Positions 61,493 through 64,000 of a stretch of DNA of 64,000 nt are shown one piece after another; position 1 is the stretch's first letter, and each line of letters starts with the position of its first letter. The notes under the pieces are model-generated. The model saw nothing but the letters and a program-made list of their open reading frames with translations, had not been told where the DNA came from and searched no databases. The translations under genes and the position numbers were made by a program. The DNA is from Squalus acanthias (lineage: Eukaryota), in NCBI GenBank assembly GCA_030390025.1, contig CM059432.1, positions 1,798,001-1,862,000 on the forward strand. Reading direction: 5' to 3'.

Positions 61493-61830
61493 TATAGAAC
61501 CTCAAAGCACAGAAGGAGGCCACTCAGCCCATCGAGCCTGTGCCGGCTCTTTGAACGAGCTCTCCAATTAGTCCCCCCCGCCCCTGCTCTTTCCCCACAG
61601 CCCTGCAAATTTCTCCTCTTCAAGTATTTATCCAATTCCCTTTTGAAAGTTACTGTTGAATCTGCTTCCACCGCCCTTTCAGGCAGCGCATTCCAGGTCA
61701 CAACAACTCGCCGCGTCTTCAACAAAAAATTCTCCTCCTCTCCCCCCTCTGGTTCTTTTGCCAATTATACTTAAATCTGTGTCCTCTGGTTAACGACCCT
61801 CCTGCCAGTGGAAACAGTTTCTCCTGATTT
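61493..61830 (-). mobile_element. CR1 3' fragment
   Basis: ORF 61492..61764 RVVVTWNALP. Confidence 0.8.
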
Positions 61831-62584
61831 ATTCTGATCTAAACCCTTGTCAGAGCAGCAAAGACGTAGCAGCCACCGCTCCCCACTCTCGGGCTATCTG
61901 TCTCAGACTCCTACTTTTAACTGATGTGAACCCAGCCTGGCCCAGGGAGTTCTTTGCTGGAATCTTCGCTGCTCATCAGGCAGTGGCTACAGCTGGTGGC
62001 ACAGGGGGCAGGACTCCATCCCGGCTTTAGTCTGCTAATTGAAGTGGCTGCGGATCACCGTAATGAGGTGGACAGCGGAGGTGATCGAGGAGCGTCTGTG
62101 GGCCGAGGGTGGGAGTTCGGAGAGGCAGGAAACAGGCCCGAGGCAGGAGACCTGAGGAAGACCTTTGGTCCGGCCTGTCTCCTCCACCTCTGACAGCGAA
62201 TTCCAGAGCAGCCACAATAGTAATGCTTTCAATTTTAATGAATACAAACACGGCCTGAAAAAACCGAAGGGAAGTTTACCAGAGAGACACGCCATTAATA
62301 ATTAAATGGTCTACGCCACAGGCACTGTTTGGGTTGGGAAAAGAGATTTTCTGAAGGATGTCTGATGCACTGTGACCTAGAAAGTTTGTATACACAATAT
62401 CATTACGGGTAGATGGGCGAAGCGTGATGGAAGAGCGTGTGCCGAACAGCAAAAAATAAACGTCATTAATTAAAAACCCAGCCTCCTGTCAGCCACTGCA
62501 GCAAATTGAAATGGTAGGAGTCTTTGAAAACCCATAAACATCTTATAAATATTAATCTGACGCTAGCAAAGAGATGGGGGCTCA

Positions 62585-63320
62585 ACGTAAGCTCGAGGAA
62601 CAGCACCACATCGTTCGATCAGGCACTTTACAGCCTTCTGGACTCAACATCGAGTTCAACAATTTCAAATCATAACCTCCGCCCCTATTTTTTCGGACGG
62701 CCGCTGTTGATGATTCTGCCATTCCCATTGACATCTCCTCTAGACCCATCCTTTGTTCCTTTACTTGTCCCATTACAGGAAACTCTTGATTAACCGGGAC
62801 CGGCGTGGTGCCGGTTTATCGAAAGTACCGGATAACGGAGAGTTATATCTACCGAGGCTATTTTTAACAAAGAAAAATAAATAAATCAAGTAATGTGCAG
62901 TATACTTCCGACAGCGCCAGGAGGCCGAGTAGTGGCACTTTTCAAAAGTACCCCTACTGACTAAATCGCCGTTCGCGGACTCGGACTCAGGATCGGCAAC
63001 ATTGCCGGTTATTTGAGAGGAGTTTTCGGAGTACTCGGCGTTCGCGGAGACTCGACTGCGACTCGGCAACATTGCCGGTTATTTGAGAGGAGTTTTCGGA
63101 GGATGATTTTTGCCGGTTAAGCGAGAATTCCGGATATTTGGGTGCCGGATAAACTAAAGTTTCCTGTACCATCTCCTTTCGCCTTTGCACCATCATCCCT
63201 TTTGTTATTTAATCTCTCCTGCCTTCCACCCGATCACAGACCTTCCCTTTTGTTCTTTCCCTGCCCCCCGCACTTGCTTAAAAACCTGTTACGTCTCTAA
63301 CTTTTTCCAGTTCGGATGAG
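62585..63320 (+). mobile_element. PLE family B remnant interrupted by a Tigger/pogo-like MITE
   Basis: LEEQHHIVRSGTLQPSGLNIEFNNFKS*; UTR matches 12330-12780; truncated at CCAGTTCGGATGA (start of the hammerhead). Confidence 0.75.
62776..63166. mobile_element. Tc1/mariner (Tigger/pogo-like) MITE, 391 bp
   Basis: TA TSD; TIR CAGGAAACTCTTGATTAACCGG / CCGGATAAACTAAAGTTTCCTG; empty site visible in the paralogous PLE at ~12668-12692; internal ~38-bp direct repeat 62993-63030 / 63063-63100. Confidence 0.75.
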
Positions 63321-64000
63321 GCACTGGAGGAAGTGCAAAATAGATTTCTAAGGACGATACCAGAACTGAGAGGTTATAACTATCAGGAGAGACTGAACCT
63401 GGGATACCTGGGATGGCAGGAATGACGTATGAGAGAGATTGGGTCGATTGAGCTTATACTCGCTGGAGTTTAGAAGAATGAGAGGGGGTCTCATTGAAAC
63501 TTATAAAATTCTAACAGGACTGGACAGACTAGATGCAGGAAGGATGTTCCGGAGTCCAGAACCAGGGGTCACAGTCTAAGGATAAAGGGTAAGCCATTTA
63601 GGACTGAGATGAGGAGGAATTTCTTCACCCAGAGAGTGGTGAACCTGTGGAATTCTCTACCACAGAAGGCAGTAGAGGCCAAATCATTAAATATATTCAA
63701 GAAGGAGTTGGATATATTTCTTAAGGCTAAAGGGATCAAGGGATATGGGGAGAAAGCAGGGACAGGGTACTGAATTTGGATGATCAGCCATGATCTCATT
63801 AAATGGCGGAGCAGGCTAGAGGGGCCGAATGGCCTACTCCTGCTCCTATCTTCTATGTTAACAGGCTTTGGGGCTCTTTTCTCTAGAAAAGTGAAGACTG
63901 AGGGGTGACCTGATAGAGGTCTTTGAAATTATGAACGTATTTGATAGGGTAGACGTGGAGAAGATGTTTCCACTTGTGGACGAGACCAAAACTAAGGGCC
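63321..64000 (+). mobile_element. Nested CR1 fragments
   Basis: Insert ~63400-63858 is closely similar to the 3' end of the 16905 CR1. Confidence 0.8.

Noticed and set aside
61860..62300. GC-rich short ORFs on both strands
   Set aside because: No recognisable protein motif or consistent splice pair; kept only as a unique-sequence island.

Overview
Repeat-dominated vertebrate genomic DNA, very probably from a cartilaginous fish (shark). This is inferred from the repeat content: HER1/CR1-type LINEs with (ATTCTRTG)-like tails, L2 LINE 3' fragments, a tRNA-headed Deu-domain SINE (SacSINE1-like) with an L2-type tail, RTE and Crack/Daphne-like LINE fragments. No host protein-coding gene can be supported; nearly all listed ORFs are TE remnants, antisense shadows or tandem-repeat artefacts. 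The most notable structure is two Penelope-like element (PLE) families carrying minimal hammerhead ribozyme motifs (CUGANGA-stem II-GAAA-palindromic AGCU or ACGU core). They include a ~1 kb apparently perfect palindrome with a GIY-YIG C-terminus (36178-37174), a 223-bp non-coding ribozyme hairpin of the same family (1947-2169), and several copies of a second family. Also present are Harbinger-, hAT- and Tigger/pogo-like MITEs, a small solo LTR, minisatellites grown inside SINE, L2 and CR1 copies, deep TE nesting, and an unexplained diverged inverted duplication (53643-54933). All family assignments come from motif recognition, not database searches; TE fragment boundaries are approximate unless a TSD or TIR is cited.
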